From the NCBI RefSeq assembly GCF_024700885.2, contig NZ_CP117016.1: DNA of 64,000 bases; one strand, given 5' to 3'. Shown here piece after piece: positions 41,405 to 54,234 of this stretch. Origin of the DNA: Escherichia coli (GTDB lineage Bacteria > Pseudomonadota > Gammaproteobacteria > Enterobacterales > Enterobacteriaceae). How positions within the stretch are numbered: position 1 is the first letter of the stretch; the number at the start of each line of letters is the position of its first letter. A program made the position numbers and the translations under genes. Below the pieces are notes generated by a model. That model was not told the DNA's origin. It did not search any database and was given only the letters and a program-made list of their open reading frames with translations.

Positions 41405-41440
41405 AAAGCACCTCAAGAGGCGATCTTTTGAGGTGCTTTC
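41405..41440. terminator. Bidirectional hairpin terminator between the islet and btuR
   Basis: aaagcacctcaagag...cttttgaggtgcttt inverted repeat. Confidence 0.65.
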
Positions 41441-41442
41441 TC

Positions 41443-42033
41443 TTAATAATCAATCCCTATTTGCGCCTTAACACCGGCATCAAACGCATGTTTCACGGGG
41501 CGTAATTCACTCACCGTATCCGCCAATTCAAGAATATCCCGATGACAACCACGACCCGTGATAATCACCGTCTGTTGATGTGGACGTTCATTTAACGCCT
41601 GCACCACTTCTTCCAGTGGCAAATAGTCATACGCCACCATATAAGTTAGCTCATCGAGCAAAACCATATCCAGTGAAGGATCGGCCAGCATTCGTTTGGC
41701 ATGTTGCCAGACTTCACGGCAGGCCGCGGTATCAGATTCGCGATTTTGTGTATCCCAGGTAAAGCCCGTTGCCATCACCTGAAACTCAACGCCATGTGGC
41801 TCCAGTAGATTGCGCTCGCCATTAGGCCAGGTGCCTTTAATAAACTGCACGATACCCACATTTTTGCCATGGCCTACTGCACGAGTTGCCGTACCAAATG
41901 CCGCGGTGGTTTTGCCTTTTCCATTGCCGGTAAAGACGATGATAATACCGCGTTCATCCTGGGACTGAGCCACACGGGCATCTACTTTTTCTTTCACTCG
42001 CTGCTGACGCTGTTGGTAGCGTTCATCACTCAT
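41443..42033 (-). CDS. btuR: Cob(I)yrinic acid a,c-diamide / cobalamin adenosyltransferase
   Basis: 196 aa, P-loop GNGKGKTTAAFG; matches K-12 BtuR. Confidence 0.95.
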   Translation of the reverse strand: MSDERYQQRQQRVKEKVDARVAQSQDERGIIIVFTGNGKGKTTAAFGTATRAVGHGKNVGIVQFIKGTWPNGERNLLEPHGVEFQVMATGFTWDTQNRESDTAACREVWQHAKRMLADPSLDMVLLDELTYMVAYDYLPLEEVVQALNERPHQQTVIITGRGCHRDILELADTVSELRPVKHAFDAGVKAQIGIDY

Positions 42034-42788
42034 TGGGAAATTCCTGGTTTACGGCCCGGTTGGGCGTCAAAGGTCATGCCGGTTTTACGGCGGCTGTCAT
42101 CACCCATCAGCCAGAGGTAGAGCGGCATGATATCAGCGGGTGTTTTAAGTTTCTGTGGATCTTCGGTCGGGAAGGCGCTGGCACGCATTGCGGTGCGCGT
42201 ACCGCCTGGGTTAATGCAGTTGACGCGCAGGCGCTGCTGATATTCATCGGCCAGTACCTGCATCATCCCTTCGGTGGCAAATTTCGACGCTGCATATGCG
42301 CCCCAGTTTGCACGCCCCTGACGTCCAACGCTTGATGAAGTAAAGACCAGTGAACCCGCGTCCGATTTGAGTAATAAAGGAAGCAGTGCCTGGGTGAGCA
42401 TAAAGGTGGCATTAACGTTGACCTGCATGACGTCCTGCCAGACCTGCGGATTTTGTTCGCTCATTGGGCAAACATCGCCGAGCAATCCGGCATTATGCAA
42501 AACACCATCCAGGCGCGGATAATTAACGGCAATGCGCTGTGCCAGTTGTTGGCAATCTTCGGACGTGCAGGTCAGCAAATCGAGAATAAACCACTGTGGC
42601 TGACGCCCAGTTTCTTCGTTTATGTGGCTGGCTACCTGACGTAATTTTTCTTCATTACGGCCCAACAGAATCACTGTCGCACCATAGCGTGCATACGTCA
42701 TCGCGGCTTCACGACCAATACCATCGCTGGCTCCCGTCACCAGGATAATGCGATCATTGAGTAAATCTTGTTTTGGCTGGTAATGCAT
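42030..42788 (-). CDS. yciK: Short-chain dehydrogenase/reductase YciK
   Basis: 252 aa, TGASDGIG Rossmann motif; overlaps the btuR start. Confidence 0.93.
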   Translation of the reverse strand: MHYQPKQDLLNDRIILVTGASDGIGREAAMTYARYGATVILLGRNEEKLRQVASHINEETGRQPQWFILDLLTCTSEDCQQLAQRIAVNYPRLDGVLHNAGLLGDVCPMSEQNPQVWQDVMQVNVNATFMLTQALLPLLLKSDAGSLVFTSSSVGRQGRANWGAYAASKFATEGMMQVLADEYQQRLRVNCINPGGTRTAMRASAFPTEDPQKLKTPADIMPLYLWLMGDDSRRKTGMTFDAQPGRKPGISQ

Positions 42789-43007
42789 GGCTACTCCTCA
42801 ACGACGTTGTCTGTCGCGCTGCCAGTGTACTTTATGACTTTGGGGCTTTATGCCTGAAACAGAAGGGCATTTCAATCAGCCTGGGGCGATAACACCGCAA
42901 AATGGATACTTTGTCATACTTTCGCTGCAATAACATCTCTGCGAGACGGCTTAACATGCCTGTTGTAAACTGTGAGCCAAAGCGTTGTTTAACCAAGGTG
43001 GGGACTC

Positions 43008-44057
43008 GTGGAATTGTTGTCTGAATATGGTTTGTTTTTGGCGAAAATCGTTACCGTTGTGCTAGCGATTGCGGCGATTGCCGCCATTATTGTCAATGTT
43101 GCTCAACGTAATAAACGCCAGCGTGGCGAGTTACGGGTCAACAATCTCAGCGAACAGTATAAGGAGATGAAAGAAGAACTGGCCGCGGCGCTGATGGACT
43201 CACATCAGCAAAAACAGTGGCACAAAGCGCAGAAGAAAAAGCACAAGCAAGAAGCGAAAGCAGCAAAAGCGAAAGCCAAACTGGGCGAGGTGGCAACTGA
43301 CAGTAAACCTCGCGTCTGGGTGCTGGATTTTAAAGGCAGCATGGACGCCCATGAAGTGAACTCGCTACGTGAAGAGATAACGGCGGTACTCGCAGCATTT
43401 AAACCGCAGGATCAGGTTGTGCTACGTCTGGAAAGCCCTGGTGGCATGGTGCATGGTTACGGGTTGGCGGCTTCGCAGCTGCAGCGTCTGCGTGATAAAA
43501 ACATTCCTTTAACTGTTACGGTAGACAAAGTCGCTGCCAGCGGCGGTTACATGATGGCCTGTGTGGCGGACAAAATTGTTTCCGCACCGTTTGCTATTGT
43601 GGGTTCCATTGGCGTGGTGGCACAAATGCCCAACTTTAACCGCTTCCTGAAAAGCAAAGATATTGATATCGAACTGCACACCGCTGGGCAGTATAAGCGC
43701 ACGCTGACCTTGCTGGGTGAAAACACCGAAGAAGGGCGGGAGAAATTCCGCGAAGAGCTGAACGAAACGCATCAGTTATTTAAAGATTTTGTGAAGCGTA
43801 TGCGTCCGTCTCTGGATATTGAACAGGTGGCAACGGGTGAACACTGGTACGGACAACAGGCGGTAGAGAAAGGCCTGGTTGATGAAATCAACACCAGTGA
43901 TGAAGTTATTCTTAGCCTGATGGAAGGCCGTGAAGTGGTCAATGTACGCTATATGCAGCGTAAACGACTCATTGACCGATTCACCGGCAGCGCGGCAGAG
44001 AGCGCCGATCGATTGTTGCTACGCTGGTGGCAGCGGGGTCAAAAGCCATTGATGTAA
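43008..44057 (+). CDS. sohB: Inner-membrane S49-family peptidase SohB
   Basis: 349 aa, GTG start, N-terminal TM helix, ClpP/S49 fold motifs. Confidence 0.93.
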   Translation: MELLSEYGLFLAKIVTVVLAIAAIAAIIVNVAQRNKRQRGELRVNNLSEQYKEMKEELAAALMDSHQQKQWHKAQKKKHKQEAKAAKAKAKLGEVATDSKPRVWVLDFKGSMDAHEVNSLREEITAVLAAFKPQDQVVLRLESPGGMVHGYGLAASQLQRLRDKNIPLTVTVDKVAASGGYMMACVADKIVSAPFAIVGSIGVVAQMPNFNRFLKSKDIDIELHTAGQYKRTLTLLGENTEEGREKFREELNETHQLFKDFVKRMRPSLDIEQVATGEHWYGQQAVEKGLVDEINTSDEVILSLMEGREVVNVRYMQRKRLIDRFTGSAAESADRLLLRWWQRGQKPLM

Positions 44058-44092
44058 AAGACAAACGCGAGGCTAAGACCTCGCGTTTTGCT

Positions 44093-44344
44093 TTAATCAA
44101 CCAGGTGATATTTTTCTGAAAGCACATGGGCCAGGTGTTTGAACATATTAAACACCGCGGTGCTTTTGGCTGTTGGCAATCCTTGTTCATCTAAAAAGTA
44201 GTCGCCGGTAAATACCAGCACGCCATTACGCTGCGTGACGCCGGTGGCTTCAATCCCTGCGAGCGTATCCTCATGCTCACGAATGATTTTGTTGGCCTCT
44301 TTCAACAGCGTTTCGCGGTCGATGGGTTGTGTCTCTTTGTTCAT
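44093..44344 (-). CDS. yciN: YciN
   Basis: 83 aa, [36 protein letters not shown]. Confidence 0.9.
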
Positions 44345-44723
44345 TATTTACTCCTTAAACAAGGACATTAGTCTACGCCAGGCATGGCTTGCAGACAAAT
44401 ATACCACGCTGGTGGCAAGAGCGCCTTACTGGCAACTTTGGATTTTGCATGCTAATAAAGTTGCGTATCGGATTTTATCAGGTACAGTGTGACGCTTTCG
44501 TCAATCTGGCAATAGATTTGCTTGACATTCGACCAAAATTCCGTCGTGCTATAGCGCCTGTAGGCCAAGACCTGTTAACTCAGTCACCTGAATTTTCGTG
44601 AACAGAGTCACGACAAGGGGTTGATATCCGCAGAGAGCGAGTCCATATCGGTAACTCGTTGCCAGTGGAAGGTTTATCAACGTGCGACGCATTCCTGGAA
44701 GAATCAAATTAGGTAAGGTGAAT

Positions 44724-47321
44724 ATGGGTAAAGCTCTTGTCATCGTTGAGTCCCCGGCAAAAGCCAAAACGATCAACAAGTATCTGGGTAGTGACTACGT
44801 GGTGAAATCCAGCGTCGGTCACATCCGCGATTTGCCGACCAGTGGCTCAGCTGCCAAAAAGAGTGCCGACTCTACCTCCACCAAGACGGCTAAAAAGCCT
44901 AAAAAGGATGAACGTGGCGCTCTCGTCAACCGTATGGGGGTTGACCCGTGGCACAATTGGGAGGCGCACTATGAAGTGTTGCCTGGTAAAGAGAAGGTCG
45001 TCTCTGAACTGAAACAACTGGCTGAAAAAGCCGACCACATCTATCTCGCAACCGACCTTGACCGCGAAGGGGAAGCCATTGCATGGCACCTGCGGGAAGT
45101 GATTGGTGGTGATGATGCGCGCTATAGCCGAGTGGTGTTTAACGAAATTACTAAAAACGCGATCCGCCAGGCATTTAACAAACCAGGTGAGCTGAATATT
45201 GATCGTGTTAATGCCCAGCAGGCGCGTCGCTTTATGGACCGCGTGGTGGGGTATATGGTTTCGCCGCTGCTGTGGAAAAAGATCGCTCGTGGTCTGTCTG
45301 CCGGTCGTGTGCAGTCGGTGGCGGTCCGCCTGGTGGTCGAGCGTGAGCGTGAAATTAAAGCGTTCGTACCGGAAGAGTTCTGGGAAGTCGATGCCAGCAC
45401 GACCACGCCATCTGGTGAAGCGTTGGCGTTGCAGGTGACTCATCAGAACGACAAACCGTTCCGTCCGGTCAACAAAGAACAAACTCAGGCTGCGGTAAGT
45501 CTGCTGGAAAAAGCGCGCTACAGCGTGCTGGAACGTGAAGACAAACCGACAACCAGTAAACCTGGCGCTCCTTTTATTACCTCTACGCTGCAACAAGCTG
45601 CCAGCACCCGTCTTGGTTTTGGCGTGAAAAAAACCATGATGATGGCGCAGCGTTTGTATGAAGCTGGCTATATCACATACATGCGTACCGACTCCACCAA
45701 CCTGAGTCAGGACGCGGTAAATATGGTTCGCGGTTATATCAGCGATAATTTTGGTAAGAAATATCTGCCGGAAAGTCCGAATCAGTACGCCAGCAAAGAA
45801 AACTCACAGGAAGCACACGAAGCGATTCGTCCTTCTGACGTCAATGTGATGGCGGAATCGCTGAAGGATATGGAAGCAGATGCGCAGAAACTGTACCAGT
45901 TAATCTGGCGTCAGTTCGTTGCCTGCCAGATGACCCCAGCGAAATATGACTCCACGACGCTGACTGTTGGTGCGGGCGATTTCCGCCTGAAAGCACGCGG
46001 TCGTATTTTGCGCTTTGATGGCTGGACGAAAGTGATGCCTGCACTGCGTAAAGGCGATGAAGATCGTATCTTACCGGCAGTCGATAAAGGCGATGCTTTG
46101 ACACTCGTTGAACTGACACCAGCCCAGCACTTTACCAAGCCGCCAGCCCGTTTTAGTGAAGCATCGCTGGTTAAAGAGCTGGAAAAACGCGGTATCGGTC
46201 GTCCGTCTACCTATGCATCGATCATTTCGACCATTCAGGATCGTGGCTATGTGCGAGTAGAAAATCGTCGTTTCTACGCGGAAAAAATGGGTGAAATTGT
46301 CACCGATCGCCTGGAAGAAAATTTCCGTGAGTTAATGAACTACGACTTTACCGCGCAGATGGAAAACAGCCTCGACCAGGTGGCAAATCACGAAGCAGAG
46401 TGGAAAGCTGTACTGGATCACTTCTTCTCGGATTTCACCCAGCAGTTAGATAAAGCTGAAAAAGATCCGGAAGAGGGTGGTATGCGCCCGAACCAGATGG
46501 TTCTGACCAGCATTGACTGCCCGACTTGTGGTCGCAAAATGGGGATTCGCACAGCGAGCACCGGGGTATTCCTTGGCTGTTCTGGTTATGCGCTGCCGCC
46601 GAAAGAGCGTTGCAAAACCACCATTAACCTGGTGCCGGAAAACGAAGTGCTGAACGTGCTGGAAGGCGAAGACGCTGAAACCAACGCGCTGCGCGCAAAA
46701 CGTCGTTGCCCGAAATGCGGCACGGCGATGGACAGCTATCTCATCGATCCGAAACGTAAGTTGCATGTCTGTGGTAATAACCCAACCTGCGACGGTTACG
46801 AGATCGAAGAGGGCGAATTCCGCATTAAAGGTTATGACGGCCCGATCGTTGAGTGTGAAAAATGTGGCTCTGAAATGCACCTGAAAATGGGGCGTTTCGG
46901 TAAATACATGGCCTGCACTAACGAAGAGTGTAAAAACACACGTAAGATTTTACGTAACGGCGAAGTGGCACCACCGAAGGAAGATCCGGTGCCATTACCG
47001 GAGCTGCCGTGCGAAAAATCAGATGCCTATTTCGTGCTGCGTGACGGTGCTGCCGGTGTGTTCCTGGCGGCCAATACCTTCCCGAAATCGCGTGAAACAC
47101 GTGCGCCACTGGTGGAAGAGCTTTATCGCTTCCGCGACCGTCTGCCGGAAAAACTGCGTTATCTGGCCGATGCGCCACAGCAGGATCCGGAAGGTAATAA
47201 GACCATGGTTCGCTTTAGCCGTAAAACCAAACAGCAATATGTCTCTTCGGAAAAAGACGGAAAGGCGACTGGCTGGTCAGCATTTTATGTTGATGGCAAA
47301 TGGGTTGAAGGGAAAAAATAA
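44724..47321 (+). CDS. topA: DNA topoisomerase I
   Basis: 865 aa from [22 protein letters not shown]; Toprim and topoisomerase IA domains; C-terminal Zn-ribbon repeats. Confidence 0.97.
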   Translation: MGKALVIVESPAKAKTINKYLGSDYVVKSSVGHIRDLPTSGSAAKKSADSTSTKTAKKPKKDERGALVNRMGVDPWHNWEAHYEVLPGKEKVVSELKQLAEKADHIYLATDLDREGEAIAWHLREVIGGDDARYSRVVFNEITKNAIRQAFNKPGELNIDRVNAQQARRFMDRVVGYMVSPLLWKKIARGLSAGRVQSVAVRLVVEREREIKAFVPEEFWEVDASTTTPSGEALALQVTHQNDKPFRPVNKEQTQAAVSLLEKARYSVLEREDKPTTSKPGAPFITSTLQQAASTRLGFGVKKTMMMAQRLYEAGYITYMRTDSTNLSQDAVNMVRGYISDNFGKKYLPESPNQYASKENSQEAHEAIRPSDVNVMAESLKDMEADAQKLYQLIWRQFVACQMTPAKYDSTTLTVGAGDFRLKARGRILRFDGWTKVMPALRKGDEDRILPAVDKGDALTLVELTPAQHFTKPPARFSEASLVKELEKRGIGRPSTYASIISTIQDRGYVRVENRRFYAEKMGEIVTDRLEENFRELMNYDFTAQMENSLDQVANHEAEWKAVLDHFFSDFTQQLDKAEKDPEEGGMRPNQMVLTSIDCPTCGRKMGIRTASTGVFLGCSGYALPPKERCKTTINLVPENEVLNVLEGEDAETNALRAKRRCPKCGTAMDSYLIDPKRKLHVCGNNPTCDGYEIEEGEFRIKGYDGPIVECEKCGSEMHLKMGRFGKYMACTNEECKNTRKILRNGEVAPPKEDPVPLPELPCEKSDAYFVLRDGAAGVFLAANTFPKSRETRAPLVEELYRFRDRLPEKLRYLADAPQQDPEGNKTMVRFSRKTKQQYVSSEKDGKATGWSAFYVDGKWVEGKK

Positions 47322-47352
47322 CCTTTAATTCTGTCAGGTTTTTATAAACAAA

Positions 47353-47376
47353 GGGTCGCGAAAGCGGCCCTTTTTT
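47353..47376 (+). terminator. topA terminator
   Basis: gggtcgc-gaaa-gcggccc followed by ttttttatt. Confidence 0.7.
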
Positions 47377-47507
47377 ATTGCATATTATTTTTTCTTCACA
47401 CCTATACACTAAGGCTATAAATGATATAGTGGTTATAGTTAGCACCTTTTTTATTATTAAATCGTATTAGTCACGCCGCCTGGTGTGACGAAAAAACGAT
47501 GTTCTGA

Positions 47508-48506
<999 letters not shown>

Positions 48507-48836
48507 TTTCTTGCGTTATTTTCGGCACCTTTTATGTAGCGAAGGTGCCGGAATATATTCTCTTTTGTTGCTTATTTGTATACCGTGCACAATATTTTTA
48601 TCCCTCATATTTATAGGGTAAATCACCTGTAAAGTAGTGTCTAATTACCCGCCTCGCAAACTCGAGTTTTCAAATATCTATTTCAGGTCAAAAGATTGAA
48701 TTATTCACTGGAGACGATTCGTAAATTCGCTGGATTTTTGACTAAAGTTTCTTTAGGATTTGTCTCATCGTATGATTAATTACACCAATCGTTCAACGTC
48801 TTGCTGATAAATGATGGCGATTATATGAGGTTAGCA

Positions 48837-48965
48837 ATGCCTTCTGGAAATCAGGAACCCCGCCGGGACCCTGAATTAAAACGCAAAGCCTGGCTGGCGG
48901 TATTTCTTGGTTCTGCACTTTTCTGGGTGGTTGTCGCACTGCTGATTTGGAAAGTGTGGGGATAA
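48837..48965 (+). CDS. ymiA: Small membrane protein YmiA
   Basis: MPSGNQEPRRDPELKRKAWLAVFLGSALFWVVVALLIWKVWG* with one TM helix. Confidence 0.6.
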   Translation: MPSGNQEPRRDPELKRKAWLAVFLGSALFWVVVALLIWKVWG

Positions 48966-48967
48966 CT

Positions 48968-49135
48968 ATGGTCGGTCAGGAGCAACTGGAGTCGTCACCA
49001 TTATGTCAGCATAGTGACAATGAACCAGAAACGAAACGGGAATGTTCCGTCGTTATTCCAGACGACTGGCAACTAACAACGCAGCAGCAAGCCTTTATAG
49101 AACTGTTTGCTGAAGATGATCAGCCGAAACAATAA
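48968..49135 (+). CDS. yciX: Small protein YciX
   Basis: MVGQEQLESSPLCQHSDNEPETKRECSVVIPDDWQLTTQQQAFIELFAEDDQPKQ. Confidence 0.7.
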   Translation: MVGQEQLESSPLCQHSDNEPETKRECSVVIPDDWQLTTQQQAFIELFAEDDQPKQ

Positions 49136-49248
49136 TTATCATCATTCTTATTACCCATTTTTAATGAATTAAAGGGCTTTTAATACACCGCAGCAATAAC
49201 AGGTTGAGTTATCTCAACACAAAGTAATAACCGTTAAAGGTGTAGCCT

Positions 49249-49344
49249 ATGATCAACACAAATATGAAATATTGGTCCTGGATGGGCGCGTTTTCTCTGT
49301 CGATGTTCTTCTGGGCCGAATTCCTCTGTATCATTACTCACTGA
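49249..49344 (+). CDS. Candidate 31-aa small hydrophobic protein upstream of acnA
   Basis: ATG ORF MINTNMKYWSWMGAFSLSMFFWAEFLCIITH*; I half-recall a K-12 small protein (ymiC) here but am not certain. Confidence 0.35.
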   Translation: MINTNMKYWSWMGAFSLSMFFWAEFLCIITH

Positions 49345-49507
49345 TCCCTGACCCCGCTGCGGCGGGGTTTTCATTTGCTTTGCCACAAGGTTTCTCCTCT
49401 TTTATCAATTTGGGTTGTTATCAAATCGTTACGCGATGTTTGTGTTATCTTTAATATTCACCCTGAAGAGAATCAGGGCTTCGCAACCCTGTCATTAAGG
49501 AGGAGCT

Positions 49508-52183
49508 ATGTCGTCAACCCTACGAGAAGCCAGTAAGGACACGTTGCAGGCCAAAGATAAAACTTACCACTACTACAGCCTGCCGCTTGCTGCCAAATCA
49601 CTGGGCGATATCACCCGTCTGCCTAAGTCACTCAAAGTTTTGCTCGAAAACCTGCTGCGCTGGCAGGATGGTAACTCGGTTACCGAAGAGGATATCCACG
49701 CGCTGGCGGGATGGCTGAAAAATGCCCATGCTGACCGTGAAATTGCCTACCGCCCGGCAAGGGTGCTGATGCAGGACTTTACCGGCGTACCTGCCGTTGT
49801 TGATCTGGCGGCAATGCGCGAAGCGGTTAAACGCCTCGGCGGCGATACTGCAAAGGTTAACCCGCTCTCACCGGTCGACCTGGTCATTGACCACTCGGTG
49901 ACCGTCGATCGTTTTGGTGATGATGAGGCATTTGAAGAAAACGTACGCCTGGAAATGGAGCGCAACCACGAACGTTATGTGTTCCTGAAATGGGGAAAGC
50001 AAGCGTTCAGTCGGTTTAGCGTCGTGCCGCCAGGCACAGGCATTTGCCATCAGGTTAACCTCGAATATCTCGGCAAAGCAGTGTGGAGCGAATTGCAGGA
50101 CGGTGAATGGATTGCTTATCCGGATACACTCGTTGGTACTGACTCGCACACCACCATGATCAACGGCCTTGGCGTGCTGGGGTGGGGCGTTGGTGGGATC
50201 GAAGCCGAAGCCGCAATGTTAGGACAGCCGGTTTCCATGCTTATCCCGGACGTAGTGGGCTTTAAACTCACCGGAAAATTACGTGAAGGTATTACCGCCA
50301 CAGACCTGGTTCTCACCGTTACCCAAATGCTGCGCAAACATGGCGTGGTTGGGAAATTCGTCGAATTTTATGGTGATGGGCTGGATTCACTACCGCTGGC
50401 GGATCGCGCCACCATTGCCAATATGTCGCCAGAATATGGTGCCACCTGTGGCTTCTTCCCAATCGATGCTGTCACCCTCGATTACATGCGTTTAAGCGGG
50501 CGCAGCGAAGATCAGGTCGAGTTGGTCGAAAAATATGCCAAAGCGCAGGGCATGTGGCGTAACCCGGGCGATGAACCGATTTTTACCAGTACGTTAGAAC
50601 TGGATATGAATGACGTTGAAGCGAGCCTGGCAGGGCCAAAACGCCCACAGGATCGCGTTGCACTGCCCGATGTACCAAAAGCATTTGCCGCCAGTAACGA
50701 ACTGGAAGTGAATGCCACGCATAAAGATCGCCAGCCGGTCGATTATGTTATGAACGGACATCAGTATCAGTTACCTGATGGCGCGGTGGTCATTGCTGCG
50801 ATAACGTCGTGCACCAACACCTCTAACCCAAGTGTGCTGATGGCCGCAGGTTTGCTGGCGAAAAAAGCTGTAACTCTGGGCCTCAAGCGGCAACCGTGGG
50901 TCAAAGCGTCGCTGGCACCAGGCTCGAAAGTCGTTTCTGATTATCTGGCAAAAGCGAAACTGACACCGTATCTCGATGAACTGGGATTTAACCTTGTGGG
51001 ATACGGTTGTACCACCTGTATTGGTAACTCTGGTCCATTGCCCGATCCTATCGAAACGGCAATCAAAAAAGGCGATTTAACCGTCGGTGCGGTGCTGTCC
51101 GGCAACCGTAACTTTGAAGGCCGTATCCATCCGCTGGTTAAAACTAACTGGCTGGCCTCGCCGCCGCTGGTGGTTGCCTATGCGCTGGCGGGAAATATGA
51201 ATATTAACCTCGCTTCTGAGCCTATTGGTCACGATCGTAAAGGCGACCCGGTATATCTGAAAGATATCTGGCCCTCGGCACAAGAAATTGCCCGTGCGGT
51301 AGAACAAGTCTCCACAGAAATGTTCCGCAAAGAGTACGCAGAAGTTTTTGAAGGCACAGCAGAGTGGAAGGAAATTAACGTCGCACGATCCGATACCTAC
51401 GGTTGGCAGGAAGATTCAACCTATATTCGCTTATCGCCTTTCTTTGATGAAATGCAGGCAACACCAGCACCTGTGGAAGATATTCACGGTGCGCGGATCC
51501 TCGCAATGCTGGGGGACTCGGTTACCACTGACCACATTTCTCCGGCGGGCAGCATTAAGCCCGACAGCCCAGCGGGTCGATATCTACAAGGCCGGGGTGT
51601 TGAGCGAAAAGACTTTAACTCCTACGGTTCGCGGCGTGGTAACCATGAAGTGATGATGCGCGGCACCTTCGCCAATATTCGCATCCGTAATGAAATGGTG
51701 CCTGGTGTTGAAGGGGGGATGACGCGGCATTTACCTGACAGCGACGTAGTCTCTATTTATGATGCTGCGATGCGCTATAAGCAGGAGCAAACGCCGCTGG
51801 CGGTGATTGCCGGGAAAGAGTATGGATCAGGCTCCAGCCGTGACTGGGCGGCAAAAGGTCCGCGTCTGCTTGGAATTCGTGTGGTGATTGCCGAATCGTT
51901 TGAACGAATTCACCGTTCGAATTTAATTGGCATGGGCATCCTGCCGCTGGAATTTCCGCAAGGCGTAACGCGTAAAACGTTAGGGCTAACCGGGGAAGAG
52001 AAGATTGATATTGGCGATCTGCAAAATCTACAACCCGGCGCGACGGTTCCGGTGACGCTTACGCGCGCGGATGGTAGCCAGGAAGTCGTACTCTGCCGTT
52101 GTCGTATCGACACCGCGACGGAGTTGACCTACTACCAGAACGACGGCATTTTGCATTATGTCATTCGTAATATGTTGAAGTAA
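49508..52183 (+). CDS. acnA: Aconitate hydratase A
   Basis: 891 aa, [26 protein letters not shown]; aconitase family. Confidence 0.97.
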   Translation: MSSTLREASKDTLQAKDKTYHYYSLPLAAKSLGDITRLPKSLKVLLENLLRWQDGNSVTEEDIHALAGWLKNAHADREIAYRPARVLMQDFTGVPAVVDLAAMREAVKRLGGDTAKVNPLSPVDLVIDHSVTVDRFGDDEAFEENVRLEMERNHERYVFLKWGKQAFSRFSVVPPGTGICHQVNLEYLGKAVWSELQDGEWIAYPDTLVGTDSHTTMINGLGVLGWGVGGIEAEAAMLGQPVSMLIPDVVGFKLTGKLREGITATDLVLTVTQMLRKHGVVGKFVEFYGDGLDSLPLADRATIANMSPEYGATCGFFPIDAVTLDYMRLSGRSEDQVELVEKYAKAQGMWRNPGDEPIFTSTLELDMNDVEASLAGPKRPQDRVALPDVPKAFAASNELEVNATHKDRQPVDYVMNGHQYQLPDGAVVIAAITSCTNTSNPSVLMAAGLLAKKAVTLGLKRQPWVKASLAPGSKVVSDYLAKAKLTPYLDELGFNLVGYGCTTCIGNSGPLPDPIETAIKKGDLTVGAVLSGNRNFEGRIHPLVKTNWLASPPLVVAYALAGNMNINLASEPIGHDRKGDPVYLKDIWPSAQEIARAVEQVSTEMFRKEYAEVFEGTAEWKEINVARSDTYGWQEDSTYIRLSPFFDEMQATPAPVEDIHGARILAMLGDSVTTDHISPAGSIKPDSPAGRYLQGRGVERKDFNSYGSRRGNHEVMMRGTFANIRIRNEMVPGVEGGMTRHLPDSDVVSIYDAAMRYKQEQTPLAVIAGKEYGSGSSRDWAAKGPRLLGIRVVIAESFERIHRSNLIGMGILPLEFPQGVTRKTLGLTGEEKIDIGDLQNLQPGATVPVTLTRADGSQEVVLCRCRIDTATELTYYQNDGILHYVIRNMLK

Positions 52184-52190
52184 CGAGTAT

Positions 52191-52223
52191 TTGCTTGCCG
52201 GTTATTTTGCTTCCGGCAAGCAA
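52191..52223. terminator. Bidirectional terminator between convergent acnA and ribA
   Basis: Perfect 11-bp inverted repeat ttgcttgccgg ... ccggcaagcaa. Confidence 0.7.
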
Positions 52224-52246
52224 ATGAATTACACAATGCAAGAGGG

Positions 52247-52837
52247 TTATTTGTTCAGCAAATGACCCATTTTCTCGGCTTTGGTATCGAGATAATGTTC
52301 GTTATTGGGGTTACGACCTACAATCAACGGTACGCGTTCAACAATATTAATCCCTGCTTCGGTCAGAATTTCGACTTTTTTCGGGTTATTGGTTAACAAG
52401 CGGACTTCATTGACGCCAAGGAGTTTGAACATATCAGCGCAAAGAGTGAAGTCGCGCTCATCAGCGGCGAAGCCTAACTGGTGGTTAGCCTCTACAGTAT
52501 CGTAACCTTGATCCTGCAGTGCATAAGCGCGGATTTTATTCAGCAGACCAATGTTACGACCTTCCTGACGGTGATACAGCAAAATACCACGGCCTTCTTC
52601 GGCAATTTGCGTCAGTGCCGCTTCGAGCTGGAAGCCACAATCGCAGCGCAAGCTGAACAGGGCGTCACCGGTCAGACATTCGGAATGGACGCGCGCAAGT
52701 ACCGGGGTATGCCCGGAAATATCGCCATAGACTAGCGCGACATGATCGTGTCCGGTTGCCAGTTCTTCAAATCCCACCATCAGGAAATCGCCCCATGGGG
52801 TTGGCAGTTTGGCTTCTGCCACACGTTTAAGCTGCAT
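52247..52837 (-). CDS. ribA: GTP cyclohydrolase II
   Basis: 196 aa from [18 protein letters not shown]; Zn-binding CxxC motifs. Confidence 0.95.
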
Positions 52838-53006
52838 GAAATTCTCCAGATAATGCTGGTTCTGTATTGGCTTATTTTGCCATAACGAGAAGGGGTTCAC
52901 CTAATCACGACGCGTCGATCGTTCACGGAATGGCACAAATCTGTCAATTTTTCCTGGAACTGGCATTTTCAGTTATGATTGTGGGACTTATCAAAAAGGA
53001 GAGGCC

Positions 53007-53771
53007 ATGCGTTCGATTGCCAGACGTACCGCAGTGGGAGCTGCACTATTGCTTGTTATGCCAGTAGCCGTATGGATTTCTGGCTGGCGTTGGCAACCTG
53101 GAGAACAAAGTTGGCTACTAAAAGCGGCTTTTTGGGTTACTGAAACTGTCACCCAGCCCTGGGGCGTCATTACACATTTGATTTTATTCGGTTGGTTTCT
53201 CTGGTGTCTGCGTTTTCGCATTAAGGCTGCCATTATGTTATTTGCCATTCTGGCGGCGGCAATTCTTGTGGGACAAGGCGTTAAATCCTGGATCAAAGAC
53301 AAAGTCCAGGAACCACGACCTTTTGTTATCTGGCTGGAAAAAACACATCATATTCCGGTTGATGAGTTCTACACTTTAAAGCGAGCAGAACGCGGAAATC
53401 TAGTGAAAGAACAGTTGGCTGAAGAGAAAAATATCCCACAATATTTGCGTTCACACTGGCAGAAAGAGACGGGGTTTGCCTTTCCTTCCGGTCACACGAT
53501 GTTTGCTGCCAGTTGGGCGCTGCTGGCCGTTGGTTTGCTGTGGCCGCGTCGGCGAACGTTAACCATTGCTATCTTGTTGGTCTGGGCAACGGGAGTCATG
53601 GGAAGCCGCCTGCTGCTCGGGATGCATTGGCCACGCGATCTGGTGGTAGCTACGTTGATTTCGTGGGCGCTGGTGGCGGTGGCAACGTGGCTTGCGCAAC
53701 GAATTTGTGGGCCATTAACACCACCTGCGGAAGAAAATCGCGAAATTGCACAACGGGAACAAGAAAGTTAA
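53007..53771 (+). CDS. pgpB: Phosphatidylglycerophosphatase B
   Basis: 254 aa, multi-TM, PAP2 motifs (PSGHT, SRLLLGMHWPRD). Confidence 0.95.
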   Translation: MRSIARRTAVGAALLLVMPVAVWISGWRWQPGEQSWLLKAAFWVTETVTQPWGVITHLILFGWFLWCLRFRIKAAIMLFAILAAAILVGQGVKSWIKDKVQEPRPFVIWLEKTHHIPVDEFYTLKRAERGNLVKEQLAEEKNIPQYLRSHWQKETGFAFPSGHTMFAASWALLAVGLLWPRRRTLTIAILLVWATGVMGSRLLLGMHWPRDLVVATLISWALVAVATWLAQRICGPLTPPAEENREIAQREQES

Positions 53772-53919
53772 CGCTGGTTGATTTTCCGAATTTAGCCCTT
53801 AAATCATCAACAATGCGCGTGGATGCCATTTCGCAGACGGCGCGAAAATGGTACTTTAAAGGGCTATTGCGGTAAGTTGACCATAATTTATTCGCTCTAA
53901 CCACATAACGGGAAGTAAT

Positions 53920-54228
53920 GTGAAATATTTACTCATTTTCTTACTGGTGTTAGCGATCTTCGTGATTTCGGTCACGTTAGGTGCGCAGAACGATCAACAG
54001 GTGACGTTTAATTATCTGTTAGCGCAAGGGGAGTACCGTATTTCCACATTGCTGGCGGTATTGTTTGCTGCGGGGTTTGCTATCGGTTGGCTGATTTGCG
54101 GTCTGTTCTGGCTGCGAGTTCGTGTTTCCCTGGCGCGCGCTGAACGTAAAATAAAGCGACTGGAAAACCAGCTTTCACCCGCGACTGACGTGGCTGTAGC
54201 GCCGCATTCGTCAGCGGCGAAGGAATAA
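53920..54228 (+). CDS. lapA: LPS assembly protein LapA (YciS)
   Basis: 102 aa, GTG start, two TM helices; precedes lapB. Confidence 0.9.
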   Translation: MKYLLIFLLVLAIFVISVTLGAQNDQQVTFNYLLAQGEYRISTLLAVLFAAGFAIGWLICGLFWLRVRVSLARAERKIKRLENQLSPATDVAVAPHSSAAKE

Positions 54229-54234
54229 CTTTCT

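Noticed and set aside
44847-45596. 249-aa minus-strand ORF inside topA, and similar antisense ORFs within acnA, rnb, pdeR and the trp genes
   Set aside because: Embedded antisense to highly conserved housekeeping genes with no independent evidence; typical spurious reverse-frame ORFs.
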